This document shows, piece by piece, positions 38,067 to 49,478 of a DNA stretch of 64,000 bases (position 1 is the first letter of the stretch; each line of letters starts with the position of its first letter). The notes below the pieces were generated by a model, which saw nothing but the letters and a program-made list of their open reading frames with translations, made no database searches and was not told the DNA's origin. The stretch spans positions 74,338,001-74,402,000 of the forward strand of contig OZ024741.1 of assembly GCA_964016885.1 (NCBI GenBank), read 5' to 3'. This stretch comes from Eledone cirrhosa. Lineage: Eukaryota. The position numbers were made by a program, and so were the translations under genes.

Positions 38067-40860
38067 TCTTAATATGCATATTAACGTTGGACTATTTCTC
38101 CTCTATAATATTCAGGAGTCTTTTCCCCACCTCAAAGGTGGTCTTTATCGGGATGATTGTCTATTGTTATCTAACAATCTTAGCAATTCCAATATAGAGA
38201 AAAACAAAAAACAAATTAGAAAATTCCTCAAGGACTTAGCATCACCTTTGAAAACACTCCAAAAGTAGCTAATTTCCTTGACGTTACCTTAGATCTCTCT
38301 ACGAATACTTATCAACCTTACCACAAACCCAACCAGAATCTACATTATGTACATTCACGATCTAACCACCCTGGCTCTATACTCAAGAACTCAAGAACTT
38401 AGTATATAACATATCTCTTAGACTTTCTAAATTATCTTCCAATGAAGATATATGTTATAATAATGCACCCTTCTACATTGAGGCCTTAACTAGAAGTGGA
38501 TATAAAGAAAAAATCTCATATATCCCCAACACTACTATGGACCAAAATATAAAACTTAGCAAAAACTACAAACACCAAAAAATACCATTGAAACAAATAC
38601 CTAAAGTGGTTATTCCTATTTCATCAAACAACAAAAAAACCACAACAACTATTACTACACGATCTATGACCAATGTTATCAACCCATATATGAATACCAA
38701 GCACTCAAAATCTCATAATCTACCCAATAATAACACCAAATATAACCACGGTAATTTACCAAATTCCACAAATAAGGATACTAATCATAGGAATTCTTCT
38801 AGAACACAACACAATAATATAAGTGGTAATAAGAACTTAACTAAAAACCACAAAAGAAACATAACATGGTACAATGCACCCTTCAACCTGCAAACTATTG
38901 GACAAATCCCCCAAAAATTCTTTGAAATTCTACATAAACATTTTCCACCAAACCACAGATACCACCAAATATTTAACAAATATACTGTTAAATTCTCATA
39001 CTCTACATTAAACAATCTCCAGCAAAAAATAAGCAACTACAACATTTATAAACTTAAAAATAATATGACTACACCACCACAACATAATTTAAATAGGACT
39101 GCACCTTTTAAAAAGGCAAATAATACAATCCTTCAACCTAGAAAACATAACCACCCAAATCACCAACACAAAAACAACAGAACACAAAATCACAATACAA
39201 CCCTAGCACCAAACCACCCACAAAGCAACCTTTATTCTCCTGCTATCATTAATTACAATAGGAATAGCTCAAGAATTAATGAGAATAGTATAGGCACCCC
39301 AACAACCATCTTACGTATGGCTGTAATTGCAGAAATAGAAGCATTTGCCCCTTAAATGGCAACTGTTTGATTAATAATGTAATATATAAATGCACTGTGT
39401 CTACTACAGACTCCAACAAAACATATATAGGATCTACATCAAACACATTTAAGAAAAGATTTTACGCACACTCTAGTAGTTTCAACAATACTAAACTAGC
39501 TAACACCACATCTTTAGCTGAAGTGGCAAATAATTATAAAAAGAAAAAAATAGATTTCAAGTTATCGTGGAACACCATTCTACAAAGAACTCCATATCTT
39601 GGGAACAGGAGGGAATGCAGATTATGTTCAGGGGAGATCTTGGAAATTACTAAATCTAAGGACGATTTATTAAATAAAAGGCAGGAATTGATCATAGTTT
39701 GTAATCACCGTATACGAAGAACATTTAAATACTATAAATCTAATTAAATATTCTAAATAGCAACTCACTATAATTCTATATAGAGTAACATTTATTAGTA
39801 CCGCTTTCCCCTAATTATATGCATTCATGCTTATGTTTTACCTTTTAATGTTTTAGCTTCTTTAGGTTTATGCGTTAATGACTAAAGGCAACAAGGTACA
39901 CAACCACCTGTAATTGCATGAGTAAATATATATCTATGTATGATATGGAAATATATTTATGTGTGTGTATATATATATTTATGTGTATATATGTATATAT
40001 ATATATTTATATGTATATGTATGTGTGTATGTGTATGTGTGTTTGTGAGTATATGTGTATGAGTGTTTATATGAGTGTGTGTACATGTATGAGGTGTGTA
40101 CATACACACATATATATGTATATATATATATATGTGTGTATATATATATAGGTATATATATATGTATGTGTATATATGCCTCTGCCTTTATCTTTACACT
40201 CGGCCCTTTAAAAAACAGATTTCACTTCATTTACTCTCATCTCGGGAACAATTTTGAATAGCACCAGTTCGCAATTTGAATTCGAGAATTTTATATTCTC
40301 CGAATGAAAAGATCCTTCTGACGAGATTCTTTCTTTGCAACGAAGGCCGTATGGACTCCGTTTATTTTTGAGAATCGAAACGGACTCGGTAAAGGTAACC
40401 ATAGTAAGTACAGTTCATTTTTTAAAATTTATTTTGAAACTTTATCTTATTTGCTAAACCTTGATTATATATATATATATATATATGTATATATGTGGGT
40501 ATAGGTGTGTATGTGTAGATATGGATATGTATGGATATGTGTGTATATGATTATGTGCACATGTGTAAATGTGTATTTAGGTTTGCATTTATTTGTACAT
40601 ATGTATATTTTTGGTTGGATATCAATATAACTGTACCTCTCTATATATAGTGTGGATATATGCACTTTGCAATCTATGAAATTTATGTTTTAACTATGCC
40701 AACATGTATTTATCTGAGTTTGATTATTTATACATAAACATACTTGATAGTATTTTAGAGCGTATCATATGCTATATTATACTAAGTGCAATTTACCACA
40801 CCGTACTATATTGTGTTGGTTATGTTGTATATTATCGCATTACTGTATTTCATTATCTTA
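38067..40860 (+). mobile_element. 5'-truncated Penelope-like element (RT C-terminus plus GIY-YIG endonuclease), probably Naiad-type
   Basis: LYRDDCL; VANFLDVTLDL..YHKPN..YVHSRSNHP; RNITWYNAPFN; HFPPNHRYHQIFNKYTVKFSYS; CNCRNRSICPLNGNCL; VIYKC..YIGST..FKKRFYAH; CRLC..LLNKRQEL..CNH; stop 39747. Frameshifted. 3' region has microsatellites and a hammerhead; end approximate. Confidence 0.88.
40314..40395 (+). ncRNA. Type I hammerhead ribozyme in the Penelope-like element 3' region
   Basis: CCTT(40314-17), CTGACGA(40318-24), GATTCT/AGAATC stem II, GAAA(40377-80), C[GGACTCG]G-TA, AAGG(40392-95); GUA triplet, intact core. Confidence 0.75.
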
Positions 40861-40865
40861 TTGAA

Positions 40866-41041
40866 TTGGCAGTATCGGTAGAGGGTCAGACATGCTTTCC
40901 AGCATAGTTATGTCCCTTTACGATCTGAGTTCAAATCCCGCCGAGGTTAACTTTGCTTTTCATCCTTACGAGGTTGATAAAATAAAGAACCAGTAATGTA
41001 CTGGGTAATTGCTGGCCTTGTGCCAAAAGTAGAAACAATTA
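40866..41041 (+). mobile_element. SINE family A copy
   Basis: Matches family A. Confidence 0.8.
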
Positions 41042-42996
41042 TCTTATTATAATTTTCATCTTTTAATATACTATCTTTCCTAGCCATAACCTTAATTTAT
41101 ATTCACCTAAAAACTCAATACAACACTAATCACCATTTATTTTTACATTCCTTTTAAACTTCACTATACCAGATACATTCAACTATCAGTTTGACAATCC
41201 CTTTCCTCCTAATAGATTTTTATGCCAATTCTATTATCAACACCATTCAACCATTCCTTTCAAAGGGTCATGACCTCAACTAAAGTGTATTACTTTTCAT
41301 CTTAACACCATATGAAAAAAACAATTTTTTGGTTAGTTCTTCAAATTACCACCAAATAAGGACATGATACTAACATACTACTAATTCTGAATAAAATTAT
41401 TATTGCTTTTGAAAACAGCTGGTGATATGCATATAAGTAAATGTTCTCTTTATCTGATATTTTGTAACTAACCTTACATAGATCAATAACCGAGTATAGC
41501 TACAATGTATTATCATCACCTAGAAATGATCGTAAAGCAGTGATGACTTGATTTTTTATTTCATTGTTTTAACTTATATATATATATACATATACACACA
41601 TATATGTATATACATCTATATTTATGTCCCATAATTTAGCAGTTTGACAAAAAGAGATCAATGAAATATGTACCAGACTTGAACAAAATAAATATTGGGG
41701 TCAATACAATTGACTAAAGCCCTTTAAGATTGTGCCCAAACAGGCTGCAGCCTAATGTCTGAAACCAGTAAAATAATAAAAATTATTGAAATTACTAAAA
41801 TGAATTTTTTTTTTTTTAAATTTAAGCATTTCTGTCATTTCTATAGATTGTAGGCATGGCTGTGGGATTTGCTTCAGAATTACATGGGTTTGGGGTTAAA
41901 TACTACTGCATAATGTCTTCTATAACAACAATGATTCAACCACTGCTTTCATCATCATCATCATCATTGTATATCCCTTTTCTATGCTGGATTGGTTCCG
42001 TTGTCAGTCTGAGACTGTATGGGTCAACATTTCACATCTTGACATACATTTCCTTTTTGGATTGGGGTCCATGGCTGGATGCTCTTCTGAATACCAACCC
42101 CATTACAGAATTTACAGGATGTATTTTATTTTAGCACCACCACTAAAACTTTACAGAGTGCATTGGGTGCATTTTATTGTTGCAATAGCACTACCAATTT
42201 ATAGACTGTACAAGGTGCATTCTATGGTGGCACCAGCACAACTATATTACAGAGTGTACTGGATGCATTTATTGTCGAATCTGCACTACTAAGAGTACTG
42301 GGTGCATTTTATTGTGGCATTTTACAGAGTGTTATCATGTTATCATGGCACCCAAACTACCACTTTATATCGCATACTGGGTACATTTTATTGTGGTACC
42401 ATTTACAGAGTGTAATTAGTGTATTCTATTGTGGCACCAGCGTTACCACTTTATGGATGCATTTTATCATAGCGCCTGCAATATAATTTTACAGAATGGA
42501 AACAATATGTTGTGGTATCAGTACCACCACTTTACAGAGTGTACTAGGGGCATCGTTACAGAGTGTAATGGGAGTATTTTATCATGACACCAGCAGTACT
42601 ATTTTACAGAGTGTTCTTGGTGCATTTCATCAAGGCATCAGCATTACCACATTATTGGATGCATTTTATTATGGCATGGTTCCATGATAAAACACTACCA
42701 CTAGGTGCATTTTATGGTGGCATCATCACTATCACTTTATACTGTGTACCGGGGCCGATATAAATGACTTCCTCTCACTACAAATTTGCCTAAATTAGGA
42801 ACCATTATTTTGGTAACTATCAATTAGTTTTCTGTACAATAAACATTATAAATAGATTTTGTAATAAAATCGAGGGAATGAAACGAGTCTTAAAATAAAT
42901 GGATTTTAAAAAAATTAATTTCATGAAGCATATATAATAATAATATTGAGAATGGTTTTCTTATAAATGGATGATGAATATAAGAAGAATACCAAC

Positions 42997-43065
42997 CTTG
43001 CCACACTGTTTACATTTTCCTTCCTGGCGGCGAAGATGTACCCAGTGATGTCTCATATTCGTTGG
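42997..43065 (-). CDS. DGKZ: DGKzeta/iota-like exon, N-terminal part of C1b domain
   Basis: 69 nt: [26 protein letters not shown] acceptor 43068-43066, donor GTTGGT at 42996; phase 0/0. No upstream exon found in 43066-64000. Confidence 0.93.
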
Positions 43066-43152
43066 CTGCAATAAAGGGAAATAAATATATATATATGTGT
43101 GTATATATATGTGTGTGTGTGCATATGTATGTATGTATATATATATATATAT

Positions 43153-43528
43153 ATAAAAGGAATTCAAACTTTGTCTGATTTACTTGCTTTATTTACAATC
43201 CTTTAAAATTATAATGGTATTAGAATGAAATAGTATGGTAGAATATTAAATGTCAAGTGTTAATTGAACAAGTACTTTCATGCTTTCGCAATCTTCAGGT
43301 TCATATTCTGTGGTGACAGTCAAGTTTGCAATTTTCAACTGTTGAAAATTGCAAACTTGACCGTCACCAAAGAAAATGAACCTGAAGATTGCGAAAGCGT
43401 GAAAGTACTTGTTCAATTAACACTTAACATTTAATATTCTACCATACTATTTCATTCTAATACCATTATAATTTTAAAGGATTGTAAATAAAAAGAGTAA
43501 ATCAGACAAAGTTGGAATTCCTTTTATT

Positions 43529-43531
<3 letters not shown>
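43153..43531. mobile_element. Near-perfect 375-bp palindrome in (TA)n with a minimal hammerhead in each arm
   Basis: Arms of ~187 bp about centre 43340. Plus-strand motif 43377-43415 TGAAC-CTGAAGA-T-TGC GAAA GCG-T-GAAA-GTAC-TT-GTTCA; minus-strand copy 43265-43303. Confidence 0.75.
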
Positions 43532-43565
<34 letters not shown>

Positions 43566-43570
<5 letters not shown>

Positions 43571-43776
43571 AACCAGTAAGACCCCGACAGCTGAGCTCAA
43601 GCCGTTTCGACGGCTAATTCTGGACTAAAATAGTTTAAGTCCAGAATTAGCCGTCGAAACGGCTTGAGCTCAGCTGTCGGGGTCTTACTGGTTCCTATTA
43701 CCCACTCTACTACCTCAAGTATTGAGTACTTTGGTGCGTTATGGTCCACCTGGTTCCTTACCACATTTCCTTCGTT
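43566..43776. mobile_element. Fold-back Penelope-type terminal fragment (same family as 23103-23301)
   Basis: ~61-bp arms 43566-43698 with an 11-nt loop, plus a tail with GTATTGAGTAC..GGTGC.TTATGGTCC; GTC-GAAA-CGGC[TTGAGCTCA]GCTG-TC. Confidence 0.65.
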
Positions 43777-44114
43777 ATATATATATATATATATATAATA
43801 AAATATTAAATAAATAAGATTAATAATGAAATAAATATTCTAAGAAGTGTTATTACACTCATAGACAGATCAACAAATAAATATGGAAGTAGCTATTCAT
43901 TTTACAAATGGCAACAACTATACTCCTTATAAATATATCTTACTAAATCAAATATTTCAATGCTACATATATATAGATATATACATTGGTGTTAGGAAAG
44001 GCATCCAGCTGTAGAAAGCTTGCCACACAAAGAGTTGGGAGGACACTTCAGTTGTGTCAAAGACATGACAACCACTCCTATGCATTCAGTAGAACATGAG
44101 ATCATATATAAATG

Positions 44115-45378
44115 AGACTGGATGCCCATGGGAACTCCTGTATGCTGATGACCTCGCACTTATAGCTGAATCTATGGTAGAACTAGAGAATAAATTCCAA
44201 ACTTGGAAGCAGGGACTAGAAAGAAAGGGTCTCAAAGTGAACATGACAAAGACTAAGGTCCTTGTAAGTAGACGAGAAAACAGAACCCAGATCCCCTCAA
44301 GGAAATGGCCTTGCTCAGTATGTAGGAAAGGTGTAGGTAGGAACTCCATTCTCTGCCCCAAATGCAAACAATGGGTACACAAGAGATGTAGCGGGATCTC
44401 AGGAAGCTTAATTAAGAATGTAGGCTTCACATGCAGCAGCTGTGCTGGGACAGCAAGCAGAAAACAGCCACAGGAAACAAGTACCACCAATCTCTGGGAG
44501 GGCTCTGTAGAAACAGTAGACAGCTTCTGCTACCTAGGTGACCGAATTAGCAGCGGAGGTGGGTGTTCAGAAAGTACAATAACCAGGGTAAGAACGGGAT
44601 GGAAGAAGTTTAGGGAACTACTACCACTGCTAGCTGCAAAAGGCTTCTCCCTCAGAATGAAAGGCAGACTGTATGATGCATGTATCCGAACAGCGATGTT
44701 GCATGGTAGTAGTGAGACCTGGGCGCTGAAGTTGGAAGACTTACGCAAATTAGAGAGAAACGAAGCCTGCATGCTCCGAAGGATGTGTAACAGTAATATA
44801 CGTGAACGACAAAGCATAAATGAATTGAGAGAGATAAGAGGAATCAAATGCTGTGTGCAGGAGAGGCGGTTGCGCTGGTATGGACATGTGATGCGTATGA
44901 AGGATGACAGTTGCATAAAAAGGTGCCGAGCACTAGAAGTCGATGGAAACCGCGGAGTGGGGAGACCCAAGATGACTTGGGATGAGGTGATAAAAGCCTC
45001 AAAGGCAATGACACACGACCGTGACCTCTGGCGTCACGCAGTAATACAGAGTACCCGACCTCCCATGGGTACAAGCTGAAGCATATAAACAATATGCCCC
45101 CACACCCCCCACCGCAAGGTGGTCGTGGAGGTGCCACGGCATAAAAGCACCCAGCCCACACTGTAAAGTGGACGTGTAGGCGCCACAAAAAAGCACCCAG
45201 CATTCACTGTAAATGAGGTTGGTGTTAGGAAGGGCATCCAGCTGTAGAAATCAAGCCAAATCAGTTCCTGTATGAGCAAGGCATGGTCAGCCGACCAGAC
45301 ACTGCCCACAACAGGACAACCCGTCTAACCCATGCTAGCGTGGAAGAACGGACGTAAAACGGTGATGATGATGATGAT
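44115..45378 (+). mobile_element. 5'-truncated RTE LINE, second subfamily, intact 3' UTR and (GAT)n tail
   Basis: ORF to 45079: GCPWELLYADD, WPCSVCRKGVGRNSILC..C..WVHKRC, RRLRWYGHV, GRPKMTW; 3' UTR ends GGACGTAAAACGGT(GAT)n. Confidence 0.9.
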
Positions 45379-46064
45379 AACAGACCCCCTATCCTGTCTG
45401 TGAGGTCAGTAGCTCCACTTCAATGCTGACTTTGTCTATGTAGACCTGTTTAACACTTACTAGTAGAGAAAGCAGACGTTAAAACAATGATGATGATACA
45501 TATATACACACACATATACATATATACATACACACACATATACATATATACATACACACACATACATTACTTATATATTTATATATATTATTCATCATCT
45601 TGATAAGGCATGAAAGTGCTGAGAAAAACTGGATGTAAGAGTTATCTGACATTGTGTGAAGGAGAAAAGACTTCACTGATATGGAAATGTGATGAGATCC
45701 CAGTGCAAGGAAGCTGCAGTAGAGATGAAGGACTGTGATAATTGAGGAGAGGCTGTGCTATATATACCCTTGAAATTTGGTACCTGAAAACTGAAGAAGT
45801 CCATTGTACATGTATGAATGTGTGTGTCTCCATGTTTGTGTTTAAATTTACTGTTTTGTTTATGCCTTTCAGCATAAGAGTAATATCTAAAATACTTTTC
45901 ACTCCTTCCTAATTATTCTCACTATCACTATACTTCATTCTACCCAGGATTACCTTCCTCTCTCTCATCGTTTTGTCAAACCCCCATCACACCTATCATA
46001 CACCCAGGACATAGCATATTTGACAGCTTATAAGATCTACCTCAATTTGGGCAGGTATTAAAAG

Positions 46065-46501
46065 AAAAAAAAAATGGGTTTAAACTATGAATGTCATGTG
46101 GAAGATATAAGGTTGTACATCATATTTTTTTAATTATCAATCTACACTGTAATTCTACTTGTAATATTTTAGTATATTTTTAAAACATAAAGAAGTGTGA
46201 AAATAAGTTTACCTTATTCTCTACATCGTATTTTTGTTGAAATATTTGGTACATTTTTAAAACAAAAGAAAGTGATAATAAATGTATTTTATTCATAATA
46301 AAATTTATTAAAATTGATGTAGAAGTGATTGCTACCTTGTTTACATTTATGGAGATGTTTGTGGTTTAATTTAAGAGTCACTGCAGCATTACAACCCCAC
46401 TAGCCATCAACCCAAATTGACTCTTGACTTTAGAAGATGCAGGGTGATTTTCTGGAACAATTTTTGGAAAAAAAGTGTCTTATAAGCCATCAAATATGGT
46501 A
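46065..46501. mobile_element. Second copy of pogo/Tigger-like terminal remnant
   Basis: Colinear with 110-542 from AAATGGGTTTAAACTATGAATG to CTTATAAGCCATCAAATATGGTA. Confidence 0.55.
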
Positions 46502-46704
46502 CTTTCTCATCCCTTCTCTCTCCACATTACTCAAAACCCACAAGAACCTACTAAATCTTACATGTCATTCTTCCCTCACTTATAATCAATTACCCATGAT
46601 ATATTTATCAACCATCTGTCCCCCCCTCATACTACTCCTATAGGGTAGAGAGGGCTCTTCATGTGTCCAGGGCATGACCAATGAAAACAGTTTTCTTCAT
46701 ATAA

Positions 46705-46752
<48 letters not shown>

Positions 46753-46937
46753 ATGTTTATATATATATATTCTGTACCTTGGTTGTTCTTAGAAAATTAA
46801 CCAAAATAAATATAATCTTTAAAACAATAAGCTCTTGTTTATTAAAATATTATTTTAGATAAAATGTTAAGATTTTACATATCCTATCTTTTTCTTGTTT
46901 GTTCTTTTCTAATTCAATCTGGTGATTATAATGTCTA

Positions 46938-47716
46938 ACAGTCTTTTAGATTGAAGGTCTTAGCATTTAATTCATTCAGAATTTCATATTTAAAACGTTT
47001 TTTCAAAAGTAAAATGGTAGTAGAAATCAAAATGTGTTTCTTTTTTTCTTTTGACAAGATAAACTTATTTCAGATGAGATTATTAAAGCAAATAAAAAAT
47101 TTTAATATATATATATATATTAGTTTATACAAATATAGAGACACAGTCATGGATGTATGACATGAGTTAACTTCACAACTATAAGGTTTGGGGTTCACCC
47201 CTACCATATGATACCTGAGGTATCTTCTACTGTAGACTCTAAACCAATAGCTTATGAGGGAAATTTGTGGAACTGTGTGGAAGCCTAGCTGATTGAATAC
47301 GCACACATTTTTTTCCTCCCCAAACCTTTTCTCATTTTCCCCGTTCCTTTCTCTCATCACTCTTTACTTTCTATTTATATTCTAACTCTAACTCTATCTT
47401 CTGATTAAGGGCTAGTGTCTGAAATGTTAAAACTCTCTTCCTGATATTTCAAGTGTTAAACTAATATATTTTTTCCATCTACTGTGCTGTTTGTTTTGTT
47501 ATTTCTTTACATACACACACACACATATATATATATATATAGGCTAGGCTTTCACACAGTTTCACAAATTTCCATCATAAGTAATTGGTTTAGAGTCCAT
47601 TATAGAATCCACCAAAGGTATCATATGGTGGGGCTGAACCCCAAACCTTATAGTTGTGAAGTGAACTCCTATGATACAGCCATGACTGTACTTCTATATT
47701 TATATAAGCAAACACA

Positions 47717-47812
<96 letters not shown>

Positions 47813-47970
47813 CTTTTTATTTGCTTTCATAATCTTATCTGAAGTAAGTTTATCTTGTCAAACAAAAAAAAAAAAAATTGGATTTCTACTACCATTTTAC
47901 TTTGAAAAATCTTTTTAAATATGAAATTCTGAATGAATTAAATGATAAGACTTTCAGTCTAAAAGATTGT
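46938..47970. repeat. Diverged inverted duplication with ~350-430-bp arms and ~250-bp spacer
   Basis: 46938-47290 is the reverse complement of 47541-47970, including an embedded SINE-like part and a (TA)n tract of different length. Confidence 0.85.
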
Positions 47971-49076
47971 GTATATATATATATATATATATACAGACAC
48001 GTGTGTGTGTGTGACTGTGTTTATTTACATCTCATAACTTAAAGGTTCAATAAAAAGAAATCAACAAAATAAGTAGCAGAATTTAAAAAAAAATAGCACT
48101 GGGGGCGATATGGTCAGCTAAATCCTTTTAAAACTGCCTCAGCATAGCCGCAATCTAATGATTGAAACCAAGAAAAAGGATAAAAGAATGCTTAAAAAAA
48201 AAATATTGTTTTATCTTTGCTTAACATTTATACAAAATTTTATGTTCCCAGGAACACCTCTTGTGATCATGGCGCTAGTTAGGGGAATAGCAAAACAGCC
48301 AAAGACACAGCATGTCCCGAATCTCGCCATTTTAATGTGCCACAGCACTAGAGAGGTTGTTTGTCAGGACTCAAATGTCCCTTCATCAATGCACTGCTGA
48401 TCGAACAACTGCAAAACCAACAGAGGACTATTCCATTCTATTTTGAAATCTTTATCTTTTTAACTCTGCATGGAATGGAGATCTATTGGTGCCTAATGTT
48501 CAAGGAGGAGGAGGAAGAGAAGAAAAAGGAGGAAGAAGAAAATGTGTTTCAAGTCCTCTAAAGTTTTGAAGTGTAACTTAGACACTATGCACTCTTTCCA
48601 CTAAACAATTTGTGTAGCGATTATTAAGTTGTCATCTCTGCATTCAATAACAACAAACAGAAATTATGTGATTTTAGAAAAATTATCTTTCAACTTTCCA
48701 ATCTGAAAAGTGACAAGCTAAGTGATATTTCTAGATTCCTTAAGGAGTCTGTGTCTAAATGGTTAGTTATGTGTCATACTTCTAGTCTAGTTGAAACTGG
48801 GATATAATAACTTATAGATGTATTGATTGGTCATTAACAAGAGTGGGAGAAAACAAGTTTAATTCCCCAAAGTGAAATAACTCTAAAATTGTTCAGTTCA
48901 TGAAATATCTATCTTAACTATCTAGTTATGTGTATCTATATATATATCTATATGTATCTCACTCTTTATGCGTGTGTGTCATATTCATCATCACTGTTTT
49001 ATGACTGTTTTACATGCTGCCATGGGTTAGACGTGTTGTCACATTCTGAGATATGACAAGTTAGATGACTGCATCT

Positions 49077-49478
49077 TCATCATCATCATCGTTTAACGTC
49101 CATCTTCCACGCTAGCATGGGCTTGGACGGGTATTTTCCCACTTGAGGCAAGATTGGTTGTCTTGCTCGTATAGGACTGTCTGGCGGGTTTTCTACGGCT
49201 GGATGTTCTTCCTAACACCAACCACGTTTACAGTGTGGACTGGGAGGTTTTTACCGTGTTACCTACATGGCCACATTACAGCATGGATTGTGTTTTTTTT
49301 TTGTCGTGACACCTACACAACCTCATTTGTTTCGGACTGGATGTTGTGGCACCAACATAACTTTACATTGGAAGGATTGGTGTGGATGGGGTGGGGGTAG
49401 TGGGGCCGGGGTGTATTTTTGTTAGAGGTGCCTACTGACTAGGTTTCGCTTTGTACTTAGGCAAGGCGGGTCTTCTGT
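49077..49478 (-). mobile_element. RTE 3' UTR copy (same family as 53191-54811)
   Basis: Colinear with 53191-53600; (GAT)n tail. Confidence 0.85.

Noticed and set aside
38067-39747. Selenocysteine-encoding Naiad-type element
   Set aside because: No in-frame TGA seen at the conserved Cys positions examined; the disruptions are frameshifts.
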